A DNA stretch of 64,000 bases, taken from the NCBI RefSeq assembly GCF_033026475.1, contig NC_090210.1, forward strand, positions 20,319,376 through 20,383,375. Direction: 5' to 3'. The translations under genes were made by a program, and so were the position numbers. Positions within the stretch are counted from its first letter, which is position 1; each line of letters starts with the position of its first letter. The notes beneath the pieces were generated by a model. That model was not told the DNA's origin. It ran no database searches and saw only the letters and a program-made list of their open reading frames with translations. Source of the DNA: Channa argus. Lineage: Eukaryota. Below, piece by piece: positions 1 to 10,777 of the stretch.

Positions 1-54
1 AACTACTGCTTTGCCAGCCAGCAGAATCACGTTGGACTGTTGCTGCTGTGTGAG
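1..54 (+). CDS. parp2: PARP2 catalytic-domain exon, 5'-truncated by the window edge. It encodes NYCFASQQNHVGLLLLCE and is followed by a GTAAGT donor at 55.
   Basis: The in-frame translation matches the PARP catalytic core (human PARP2 has NYCFASRLKNTGLLLLSE). A consensus donor follows directly. Confidence 0.75.
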
Positions 55-527
55 GTAAGTGGATATGTGGTTTTACTGTCTTTACAGTGAATGTTCTGGC
101 TGTTAAATGGCTGCTTCAGAAAATTCAAAATATATAAAATACTCTGCATCAGAGGATGTATGATTGCTCCAAGTATGATAAAGTTCTAAACTGAGAATCT
201 TTGGTACTTTTTCCCATATATGTCATTTTCAAGTCCATGTCTACTGTTGATATTTGATGTAAAAAAACTGCCCTAGTAGTATTTAGTATTTTTTATGTGT
301 CATTCACCAATTGAACTAATTTCTGTGGTTCTCTGAAGGGAAATGGTTTGGAACAGTGGAAAAATAACATGCAGTGTTTTGTTTTTCTTCAAAAATGTGT
401 ACCTGAATTATAGTACAAGTGCACAGCTCACCAAATGCAACGTGGTTTGAATAACGCATTACCAGGGTGGCCCAGATATGAGACAGCCCCGTGTCAGTGT
501 CCATACAATCTCTGTGTGTGGTTGCAG

Positions 528-652
528 GTAGCTCTGGGAGAGTGTAATGAGCTGGTGGACGCTGACTACGAGGCCAACAACCTGCCTCCTGGAAAACACA
601 GTACCAAGGGCCTGGGACAGACTGGACCTGACCCACAAAATTCAGTGAATCT
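528..652 (+). CDS. parp2: PARP2 penultimate coding exon, VALGECNELVDADYEANNLPPGKHSTKGLGQTGPDPQNSVNL. The acceptor is ttgcag at 522-527. The donor is a non-consensus GTTAGT at 653.
   Basis: Collinear with human PARP2 (...EVALGQCNELLEANPKAEGLLQGKHSTKGLGKMAPSS...). The reading frame is continuous with the flanking exons only if this donor is used. Confidence 0.7.
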
Positions 653-1000
653 GTTAGTCTGCCTAATTTTACTGATACATCCTATAAAAGCTGGAAAGTC
701 AAGTTATTCTGGAGGAAAAAATCTGAAATTAATTTTTTTTTTTTGTTTTTAATGGAGACTAATTGATTCATAACTTATGTTGAAAATAGTTACAAGTTAG
801 TCTCTGCAAATTAATTTTCATTTTGTGCTGACATAAAGTCAAACTAGTAACTTTCTGAAAGCACAGAAATCAACCCAGAAAATTAGAACTTGAATTGTCA
901 TTTTGGAGTATTATAAATGTATATTTTAGTTTCTAAAACTGCCGGAATTTTTCTTAAATTATCGCAAATATTACTTTATATTGTTCTGTTTCTTGCTCAG

Positions 1001-1160
1001 GGATGGTGTCACAGTGCCAATGGGACCTGCGAAGAAGACAGGAGTGGGTAATAGCACCGGTTACTCCCTTCTATACAATGAGTACATCGTTTACAACCCG
1101 GCCCAGACTCGTATGAGATACCTGTTGCGAATCCAGTTCAACTACTCTTCACTGTGGTGA
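1001..1160 (+). CDS. parp2: PARP2 terminal coding exon, DGVTVPMGPAKKTGVGNSTGYSLLYNEYIVYNPAQTRMRYLLRIQFNYSSLW, ending at a TGA stop at 1158-1160.
   Basis: The C-terminus is almost identical to human PARP2 (...YTLNYNEYIVYNPNQVRMRYLLKVQFNFLQLW). It is closer to PARP2 than to PARP1 (...KLKFNFKTSLW). The acceptor is cttgctcag. Confidence 0.85.
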
Positions 1161-2261
1161 GGCTGCACAAAGACCACCGATTTAACGGGAATTGCTCTCA
1201 ACAAAGCAGGGTATAAATATCACTGAAAGATTGTTCACTCTCGGTATCTTAAACCTGAACATATTTCTGTCTCTGGGTGGATAATAGTCATTATTCGAGG
1301 CAAATTACCAAATTTATCTTGTTCCAGCTGCTCAGATTCTTTTTTGTTTATAACTGAATCTCATGTTGAACTGTCAGTAACATAAAACAAACACAGCCAT
1401 ACAGTCATGTCCACAGTGGACATTTGACATATCTAAAGCTTGTACTGATGCATTCAATAGACACATGAGTAAATATATAGATTAATCAAAACCCAAACAA
1501 AATTTCTACTCATTTTTCTAAAGTGGGTTTTCTGTCAGACCTCATTCAAATTTTCATTCATAATTTCTGAACGCTTGATTAGAAGTAGAGGGGGACCACA
1601 GATCACCTGTAGTGCTGCTGGAGTTTGAGAAATGTGAACAGTATGAAAAAAGTTTTCCAATTTTTTTCCATGTTTTTGTAAATTGGTAAAAGCTGCACTG
1701 CATTGTATGTTACATATTACATTCTGTGCTGTGTGTAAAACTAATGGTCTTATAAATTTATTGGATTATCACCATCCATCTTTAATGACATAGCCTATAT
1801 TTTTTAACTAGTTGAGGCAGGTTTGACATAAATTTATTCTGAATAAACCAGTTTCTTCAGGAATTTGCAATGTCGGGATCTCAACATTTTATTGAATACC
1901 TGGGAATTTTGTTCAACATTGCAATTTGAAGCACCGAAAAAAACAGAAAAGCTGTCACAAGTTCAGGCATTTTAAGTGGCAACAATTACAAAAAATGTCT
2001 GCAAAATCCTGGAGGGGTTGATAAATGCAAAATGAATGTATGAATGTTTTATTAGCAGGAGAAATCTAGACGTGAGATGTGTTTAGTTCAGTAAGCAAAC
2101 AGAATTCAAATGAATCCAAAAGAAATCAATTCAATACAAATGGTTAATTAAAGACAGGTTTTTGTAAAAACAATGATGTCACATTATATACATAATAATA
2201 AAGTACATTTTTACACCTCGGAGTGTCTGTCTGTGTGTCCATATATTCTGTGTCTACTGTT

Positions 2262-2396
2262 TCACCTCCTCCCCAACAGGGCAATGAAAATGAAGACTAT
2301 GTCCAGGTAGATCATGAGGGCAGCATAGATGTATTCCTCAGGATCCAGACGGTAACTCAGCATCCCCATTGTCATCTGGCAGTCGAATATCAGGTA
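2262..2396 (-). CDS. tmbim1: TMBIM1-like terminal exon, YLIFDCQMTMGMLSYRLDPEEYIYAALMIYLDIVFIFIALLGRR, then TGA.
   Basis: Matches the family C-terminal motif (…DTQLxxG…SPEEY…A.L.IYLDIINIF…). The acceptor is ctgtctgtctcag. Confidence 0.8.
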   Translation of the reverse strand, partial: YLIFDCQMTMGMLSYRLDPEEYIYAALMIYLDIVFIFIALLGRR

Positions 2397-2793
2397 CTGA
2401 GACAGACAGGGAAGGAGAGAAGGAGAAGATGATTTAGGACAGGGTGAGAAGTTACCACCAACTACTAGTAAATTGAAAACACAAGATTTTGATGGTGAAC
2501 CATTTCTGTGGCGGGAGTCAAATCAGGGCTCACGGAAGGCCACTACTGAATAGTCCAGTGGTGGGTTTAACTGTGTCCATATACGGTTGGAGGACAATTG
2601 ACCTGTGACCATGCTGTTTTTATTTGTTGTATCATCTTAAATACTATGTTTAATCGATTTCATTGTTCTCGTTCTATTACGTTTGTCAGTTTAGGTCAGT
2701 TAATTCACAGAAAATTGTGGGTTCTACTTTTTAGTGGAAGGACGCCAGCCGTTTTGTCCATGTCTGCATACAAGAGTGCCTTTTTTCCCTTAC

Positions 2794-2937
2794 CAGTGAA
2801 AACAGCAGTGCTCCCAGACATCCATAGACAATGTCAGTGAGGACAGAGTAGAAGAAGATGGAAAAGAACCCAAACATGATCAGGTCCACAGCCAAAGCCA
2901 GCGCGATTCCATAACAAAAGGTGAAATTATAGCGAGT
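2794..2937 (-). CDS. tmbim1: TMBIM1-like exon 4, TRYNFTFCYGIALALAVDLIMFGFFSIFFYSVLTDIVYGCLGALLFSL.
   Basis: Corresponds to TMBIM1 TKFDFTSCQG.... The acceptor is ttatttgcag and the donor is CTG|GTAAGG. Confidence 0.8.
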
Positions 2938-3652
2938 CTGCAAATAACACAGAAACACATTTGTGATTAATTTCATTATCCAAGTATGTTTATAAATCAG
3001 CAGGACAAAAGCCTAATTAAAGTAAATCTCTGAGAGGATTTATAAAACATTATCAATATAAACAGTATATGCATTTTACATTTAGCACCTGCACCCAGTG
3101 TGCAGTTTAGCAAAAATATTACATATAATTCTTATCCCCTATTTTTCTTATTCTGTTTTTCATTCTTAGATTTTTTTATACTTTGTTTCACACTATTTGC
3201 TACTGCAGATAGTTCAAGAACATGCACCTTACATTGTAACATCAATAATAAATGAACATGGGACATAAACGTTGAATAACGCTGTTTTCACTTTGAATTG
3301 TGTACAGTTACTAGTAATTTTGTTATTTAGTTAATTTGTTAAGTATTTTGTTTATTTATTAACAATTAAAATGTCTCCTTTCCCAGAGACTTTCTCCCAG
3401 TGCAAAAGGTGATGTAATTATTGTCCCGCTTTGCTCCATTAATGATCCAAAAAAATCTGGAAATTACAAAGACAACAACAGTTTCCACAGACAGTTAATA
3501 ACTAATTATTTTCAGTTGATACTATTTTCCAGCATCTCCAAAATGTATTGTTCTGAAGTCTGACACAGATTTTATTTGCAAGAACCGATGCTACAACTTG
3601 AGATTGCAGGTCCCTTCAATTAAAGCTCTTTGTCTCAGCTTCTTTATTTTAC

Positions 3653-3781
3653 CTGTGCAGAGAAAGCAATGATTGCAAGAGAAATGGCCACCGTTGCTCC
3701 CATAGTGACAATCACAGCGGAGGTGTTGTGGAAGGAGGCGATGGTTCCCGCCACGTATGACAAGCTCAGAGTCACAACAGC
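3653..3781 (-). CDS. tmbim1: TMBIM1-like exon 3, AVVTLSLSYVAGTIASFHNTSAVIVTMGATVAISLAIIAFSAQ.
   Basis: Hydrophobic TM segment ending in the family F-x-Q motif. The acceptor is gtattcag and the donor is CAG|GTAAAA. Phase 0. Confidence 0.8.
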
Positions 3782-4305
3782 CTGAATACACAAAAATCAT
3801 AATTTCAGCTAAAAGGATTTTTCCTCACTGGTATGTTATAAACCCACTCATTTTGGTTTAATTATAAATAATTCATCTTTACGACAAAATACTGGAAATC
3901 GTGGGGGTTTGCAAGCTGAGGAAGCTGAGGTTTGTTAGGAAACAACAAAAATGTTTTTTTATGGAGAAGCATGTCGCACGTGTTCAGTATTTTCACTTCC
4001 CTTTTGTATTTTGCTATTTTACTTCTCTTTCTAGGATGAGACTCTATGTGAACTGATGGTGTTTCTCATGAAATATCCAGTCTTTGCTATGTAATGAGAC
4101 TGAAATGCCTGTTAAATTGTTGGAGCTAAGTAAAGCTTTTGTCCCCAAGGAGCCATTTTGCTTACAGACAGCTGCTGAGAATAAAAATAAAATTCAGAAG
4201 GAATACAGTCATTGCAATAAATATTGGGTTATACTGATGTATATGTTAAAATGCATGATCTCTATTAGATATTTAAAGTTCTATGCTCCTGCATCGTTAA
4301 CCCAC

Positions 4306-4506
4306 CAGTCCAATAATGTTCCAGGGGTGACGACGACTGAAGGACTTGCAGAAGCTGAGGGCGATGGCGACCACAAGGAAGACGATGAAAGAGCTGAGGT
4401 AAGCCCACTGGTGTTTCTGCACTGCCTTTTTGACCACGCTGGAGAAGGTGAACACACACACCACACCAAAGGTGAACAACAGCTGGAGAGTCAGGATGCT
4501 GAAAAC
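4306..4506 (-). CDS. tmbim1: TMBIM1-like exon 2, VFSILTLQLLFTFGVVCVFTFSSVVKKAVQKHQWAYLSSFIVFLVVAIALSFCKSFSRRHPWNIIGL (transmembrane helices 1-2).
   Basis: Matches GRINA/FAIM2/TMBIM1 (…KVYSILxxQLLVT…FRRKHPWNLILL). The acceptor is tgtgcag and the donor is CTG|GTGGGT. It is in phase with exon 1. Confidence 0.85.
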
Positions 4507-4978
4507 CTGCACAAGGAACAAGAAAAGATCAGTTTATTAAAAGGAGTTTTTTTATCAAATAAGCTGGACTGTAAAGAGCGTGAGGCAAAATTTAAGATCT
4601 CATAGTTACATAATGGCTCAATAAAGTTTTAGTTTTCATAGATTTCAAGAGGTAAACAGTATTGACTTACTAAGCTGATCGAACACATCCCAGCATGCAA
4701 AACACTCGTTTAATCTCCAGATGCCAATACCTCAGCTTTGGCTATCAGGGTAACCAAGTAGTGATCTGAGTAAACAGTTTTTGTCTGGCACTGAAAACTG
4801 ACTTGTTTGCTGTCCGTCTCTATAAATCTGCACTCGCAAGAATCTGGAATGGTTACATTCACACATGAGCTTCATAAGGCCAGAATCAGCACAGATGGTT
4901 ATCCTGCGTATTTATTCACGTTTGACTCTGTGCATGCCGTGCGTTGATATACTTTGCACAGTGCATTAGTGAGAAAAA

Positions 4979-5137
4979 GAGAGGGCAGCAGTGGCTCAGC
5001 TCGTAGAGTGGCCACCTACTGACCACAGGGTCGGGGGTTCGTGCCCCGCTCCTTCCGACCACATGTTGAAGTGACCCCGGGCAAGACACTGAACCCCCAA
5101 GCCCATCCCCATCCCCAGCTGTGCAGTGTCGTTTTTT
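4979..5137 (+). mobile_element. tRNA-derived SINE, copy 1. It has an A-box-like TGGCTCAGCTCGTAGAG and a B-box GGTTCGTGCCCCG, and sits in TMBIM1-like intron 1. It is flanked by TAGTGAGAAAA target-site duplications.
   Basis: tRNA-like promoter boxes. A near-identical core (…gggcaagacactgaaccc…ccccagctgtgca…) recurs at 39268-39490. The direct repeats ttagtgagaaaa occur on both flanks (about 4966-4978 and 5138-5150). Confidence 0.7.
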
Positions 5138-5708
5138 AGTGAGAAAATAGTTTGTCTTCTGACCTCTCACCATCTCCAGCGTATGGTTATTATGGCCTTA
5201 CAACTACACACTGATTCTCTTGTAGAGACAAGCAAGCATTACATGCTTGCTTAGTTAAATCAAGGGGATTTATATTTTTTATAATTTTAGTTTGACCCCT
5301 AAAAACTTAACAATATCTATTTTGAGCTTTTTTAGTTTAAAATCTGGCATTTGTCCATGAGTCATTTATTTTTGCTCTCAGATTTATTTATTTCAATAAG
5401 TTTTAAAGGCCCCGGGAGGGAAAAGCCATTAATATACAGCACCAAGAATAAAATGTGGCAAAGTCCCTACATGCATTTTTTGCTTTCTTAATTTTCTTGC
5501 AGCTCCTTAGGAGGGTTTCACCCCTGCATGGGAGATTCTGGTGCAGGGTAACGTTTAATAAAACAATATTCCTGTCAAGACATGAACACACTTGATACTG
5601 CTTACCAGTAAACCAAACATATTTCATCATTTGTCATCAGTAAAGTCGACGTGCATTTTAGATGAATGCAGATATTACTTACACTTGGTGGGACAAGAGT
5701 GAACCAAC

Positions 5709-6008
5709 CTTTCTAATAAACCCTCTTCTCACAGCCAGGTCATCAAAAGAAGATGGGTCTGTTGTGGAAGTTGTCCGCAATGGGGCTTCTTGATTTATGC
5801 TGGCATAAGACTTACAACCAGTGCCAGGCTGAACGATGACTGTTGTCTCAGTTATGGGTGGAAAGTATGTTACTTGGGCTGCAGGGTAAGGTGGAAGTGG
5901 CTGTTCTTGATAGGAGTATGGTGGTGGTGGTGAGGACATATCAGAGCCGGGTGTGTGCTGTGTCTCTTTAGATGTGATCAGATGATCATGATCAGATGGA
6001 CCTGACAT
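5709..6008 (-). CDS. tmbim1: TMBIM1-like (Lifeguard/Bax-inhibitor family) coding exon 1. The ATG is at 6008-6006. It encodes MSGPSDHDHL...SSPPPPYSYQEQPLPPYPAAQ...DDLAVRRGFIRK. The donor is AAG|GTTGGT.
   Basis: Proline-rich N-terminus with PPxY motifs. It runs into the family signature R-x-FIRKV-(F/Y)SIL, which continues in the next exon. The ORF-track start at 6020 is a GTG codon; the first ATG is four codons further in. An acceptor at 6031 precedes the ATG (5'UTR). Confidence 0.8.
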
Positions 6009-9000
6009 TATGGAGGACACTGTGGACCAGAGAACAGTTTCAGTTAAAGCTCAGCTTATGCAAAAGGAAATGACACAGAACTTGGACTGCAAAGAACAAT
6101 CATTTTTAATATATAGGTTTTTGTGATGTATAGATTTTTAGGAAGATTGCTTGTTTTGCCAGATCAACAGCCAAACAGCCAAAGAATGTTTTTTGAATAC
6201 ATATAATAATAAGAAACTCTTCAGTCAAAAAGCATATTTGGAGATTTGCCTAAAAGTTAATTTGACTATTCACAAAGTTATACATTTTCTGTTAATTTGT
6301 TTGTATGAGACAGAATGTGAAGAACAGTCAATCTGTTACCCTCAACAGTCAATTTCCTGTCTGTCAAAATGTTCATTTTGTGAAACACTGGCATTTTTCA
6401 CAACCTGCCCATAGCAGCTACAGGTTTACTTTTTGTCACATGTAGATTGTTTAAGTCAACCACACTTGCTGCTGACTTGTTGCCCAAGAACAGCATAAAC
6501 ATTAGGAAGTAAAACCTGGGCCGTGGGGCCGCTTCTCCTAAATGAAGGTGGAATTTTCAACAATTGGAAACACAGCGATAAGTCAAAGTAATAAGAACAG
6601 CACGTCTTTCTCACAGCAGACTTTACCAGCAACACTGAACCTAAAGCAGCTAGTGAATTTCAGAAATTAATTTTATTGAAGAAGTCATCACACATTCATT
6701 TGGTTATTTACACATACAGCAACACATTTTTTGCGGCAAGATGTTACTGGCGTTATGTAGACATATTTAGTTTTAATAGAACATATTGGCTTTTGATCAA
6801 GAAGGATGCAAGGGTTTAGGGAGGTTGTGTGAAGACATATTACATCAGATAAAAGATATCATCCCTCTGCAACCTGCTTCTTTTTGTTTTTTTTTTAGAA
6901 AGTCAGTTTAAAATCTGATGCACCCATTTCAATGTGTGTTTTAATCTGGGCAAATGATTTGATGTCTCCCACATTGAGATTTTTTCGCTGCCAGAGATCT
7001 AAAAACTATAAAGCTAGAGTATCCACACTTATAGATAATAGTAGTGGTAAAAATATATATATTCCTTTGCGTTTTTAGTGAACAAATCTATTAGCACATA
7101 TTAACATAATGTCTTGGTATGGAGGTATGTTATATAACAAAGAAGAGGGTGATCTTACCTTTTCTGCTGGATTATACCTGTGTCAGAAAACCTCAACGGT
7201 TACACCAAAAAAAGCACTGAGTGTGTGCAGATAGGTGTTATTTATTCTAATGGCCTGTGGCTTATTGTTTCACTTCCTGACCATTTCAAATGATGAAAAA
7301 AAATCCTGTTAGTGAAAAACCTGCATTGTGTGGAAATGTGGAAACTTCACTGTTGCTTCATAGGCGTTACGTCGTCACACTGGGGTCAGTGGAAGTCTGC
7401 TGTATTCGAAACAGAATCCGACTGTCCTGACCTGATTACGGTGAAGCCATGATATACTGTATGTTATATTAACTGCACATATACTGTGGATGTAACCGAC
7501 ATTATCATTTAGTTGTTGCATAGATTGAAGAAAAAAATCCGTGTGCCTTTGGTGCCAAGCAGCAATTATATAATTAAAATACGAGTGTGCAGCCTGTTTC
7601 CAGACAGCTCAGTCTTTTCCCACATCTCAGATGTTGTGTCAAGCGAAAGTGGCAGGTCATTGTTATTCTCTTACAAAACAGATCTTGATATTACTAATAT
7701 GTCCTGATAAAGTGTAGCTAATACATTGTTCTTTACATGATTAGGTGCTTAGGAGTAATGCATTGAAGTAGTAATCATTATACACTCAGTTACCGGCATA
7801 TTAGGAACATCAGTTAAACCAAATCAGTCCCCCCATGGGCCTGTGCCATAAAAGAAATCTCAATATTAATGACAGCAATATAATTTTTAGTTATTCCCCA
7901 ATAACAATTGTTTTGTTATAAACAAATGAATTTGTGAAAATAGGCCAAATTGCACATCAACCTTTACACTTTACAAAAGATTTTGGTATTAATAAAGGTA
8001 AAGGAGCAAAAAATGCATATCACCTTTTACCGAGTAAAATAAAAAAAGTTAGGATGATGTTTGTAATTAACCAGATAATCTCATTGAGCTCAAAATTTAT
8101 TTTGCAAGAGACCTGAGAATAGGGTATATTTTGTTTGAAAAGTTGTCTTTCAAATATCACCCATGTTTCAAATCATGAACTGTCACAGCAGCCCTGACAT
8201 CCGGGTGGACATTCTGTAAAATATAAATATTATGTTTTCATCATTTATATCTACTCCCATATGGAACAACCCTGATTATGTCATCGATAAAAAAAAAACC
8301 CACTCCACTAGTGCAGTTGGGCAGAAAAGGGAATTACACATTCCAAACCTCTTTGAAAGTAACAGTATGATCCCATCCCCCAAATTGGTCCAACTAATCA
8401 CTTAACCATCACAAAAAGGGGAAAAGAGATTTATATACTACTCACAATGCCAACTTCTGTATTAAAATTTCCAAAAATATCTTATCAATGACCAAAAATG
8501 CTGACAACACATCATATAATTCTACTCAAAATACTCTGGATAACTATGTTCATGCTGTGACATTGCACATCCATGAGTAGTTTTTGGGAAGACATTACTC
8601 AATCCGTCTGCCTGGGCTGCCATATCCTCGCCCACTCTGCTTAGTAGACTTAATCAACCCTCTGTCTGAAGAATAAAAACCGTGATTTACCCGTAGTCAC
8701 TCTAAAGCCTAGAAAACCAGCCTCTGGGACTGGAGCTCATAAAACTCCATACATATTTCCTCAATGAAGAAAATTTATAGATTATCGCTCTGGAAAATGT
8801 ATCCACTCCCAGTCACAACAGACACAGAAAGCCTGATTGAGTCTTGACTCATAATATCTTTTCATCATTGTTGTTACTATTGTTATGAATGTATAATTTT
8901 TTTTTTAACCAAGTTATGCACAAAATGCCTATGAACACACACACTTTCAAACCTTTTGTGTCCATCATACAAAACTGTTTGCTTATTGAAATGTCACTTT

Positions 9001-10697
9001 GTTTGTCCTGCTCTGTACCTAGCATAAAATAAAAATAATAAAAATAAAACAAAAGAACTGTACAAACCCAAAATGCATTATGGAGACGTGAAAACACAAA
9101 ATGGACCTTCACAAAACATCTCTCACACATATTTATTGTAAAAAATACATATAAAAACAATTTCTGAGACATACAAAAGATTGGAGCTTAGAAACAGTAT
9201 ATTGAACAGACAAAGACCAAGCCATTTTTTTGAATTTCATTACATATTTACAATTTAATAAATAAAAATCAATTAGGTTTTTTTTTTTAAACCAGAGTAA
9301 AGGCAGATTGTCCATATCTTGGGGATGCAGATACCGCTGTGGTGTCTCTTTGAAAAACATTCTCATTGAACACATCGGTCTCCAAGCACAGAGCACACAG
9401 AGAATTGCTGCTCTGCGATTCAAGTCATTTATACAAAATACCATCCTTGGTTGGAGAAGCTACTTTACACGCACGTGTTTAGTTAGCATTGGTAAAAATT
9501 GAGGTATTGCACCACACAGCTTTGAGGGGGTTAGAAAGTAAATGAGGCCAATGGTGGGTTTCAGATTGTCTTATTTTTTTTTTATTTGACAACCAACCAC
9601 CACTATTACCTGCTCCCCTCAAACACCCCACCCTCCCAGCCAAAGTATACAATATCATAATTTATCACCACGACAAATGTAACACCTAAGGATCAATGCA
9701 CCTCGTCTTCCGCACTCTCACACAATGCCCCCAATGCGCAGACGGACTTTTGGCATTAGTTTTCTATTCTCCAATACAGAACAATGACAAACATGCACAG
9801 GGCTGCCCTCTAGTGGAGAAACATGTTGTAGCACCTCAGACTGCAGAACAACAGGGATCAGAGGAGAAACAAGAGACTGGAGTGAACAAACTAGCCAGTA
9901 AGAAACTTTTGCACAGGTCTTGCTTCTACGCTGTTCCGTAACACTGCAGGAAGGACAAGGTAACGCATGGAACAGATTTGCCTTTAGTAAAGGCAGCAAA
10001 AGCAATCCATTCATGTTTTTGTTCTTTTGCAGTTTCCCCTGGCCTGTGAACAACCTGTATCAGACAGCATCTGTTGAGCAGCCTTACTATTGGGCTATAA
10101 CCTCAGTTCTGCCATAAAAACACCACAAAATATCCGCTTGCACGACAACCCCTTCACCAGGCAAAGGCAATCAACACACAAAAAAGGCAAAGGAAAGCCA
10201 TTTAACACATTTAGCAATACTGTGGATTATAATGTGATGATATAGCATCTAACACTTTTTTTTTTAAAGGGCAAAAGGTTCAGGGCTTGCCATATAATAA
10301 CTAACCATTAGAACCATTGGCTGTCCATAGCCCCCAGTGATGGGGAAGAAAGGCAGATGCCACATGGTGTAAACATGCCCCCAATATACATCCCTTGCTC
10401 CGTGGGTCCCTTTATCCCCTCCCTGACTGGGGATTAATGCCACCAGATGGCAAAACTGTAACTTGGGGTTTGGTCCAAAAAAAGTCCGGATGACACCCCA
10501 GCGAATGTTTAACAGTGAGGAGGGGGACAAAAATCCAAACCGCATTTAAAGTGGGACCAATAGGAAGAAGTGCGCCGTGATGCTGCGTACCAATGCCACA
10601 GGATGTCTGCCAGCATGACTGTAGATAGAGAACAGTTTCTTGGATGTACAGCCATTTCCAGGAAATTTCCTGTCTCTTGTCATCACCAGAACATACA

Positions 10698-10737
10698 AAC
10701 ACACACACACACACACACACACAACGTCTGGGATAAC

Positions 10738-10772
<35 letters not shown>
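10698..10772. repeat. Inverted microsatellite pair: (AC)~13 at 10698-10723, a 14-nt spacer, (GT)~16 at 10737-10772, then a G-run gggtggggggg.
   Basis: Direct reading of the sequence. The two arms are perfect reverse complements, so together they form a potential hairpin of about 24 bp. The element lies in the presumed 3'UTR of the ZNRF-like gene. Confidence 0.9.

Positions 10773-10777
<5 letters not shown>

Noticed and set aside
4084-4605. 173-aa + strand ORF overlapping TMBIM1-like exon 2.
   Set aside because: It is antisense to a well-supported, family-conserved exon and includes flanking intron. It has no similarity to any protein family I recognise.
6009-6020. ORF-track start MSSIM… for the TMBIM1-like protein, and MIHDQ… at 17955 for TEP1.
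   Set aside because: Both begin at GTG or TTG codons. The first genuine ATGs are at 6008 and 18033 respectively.
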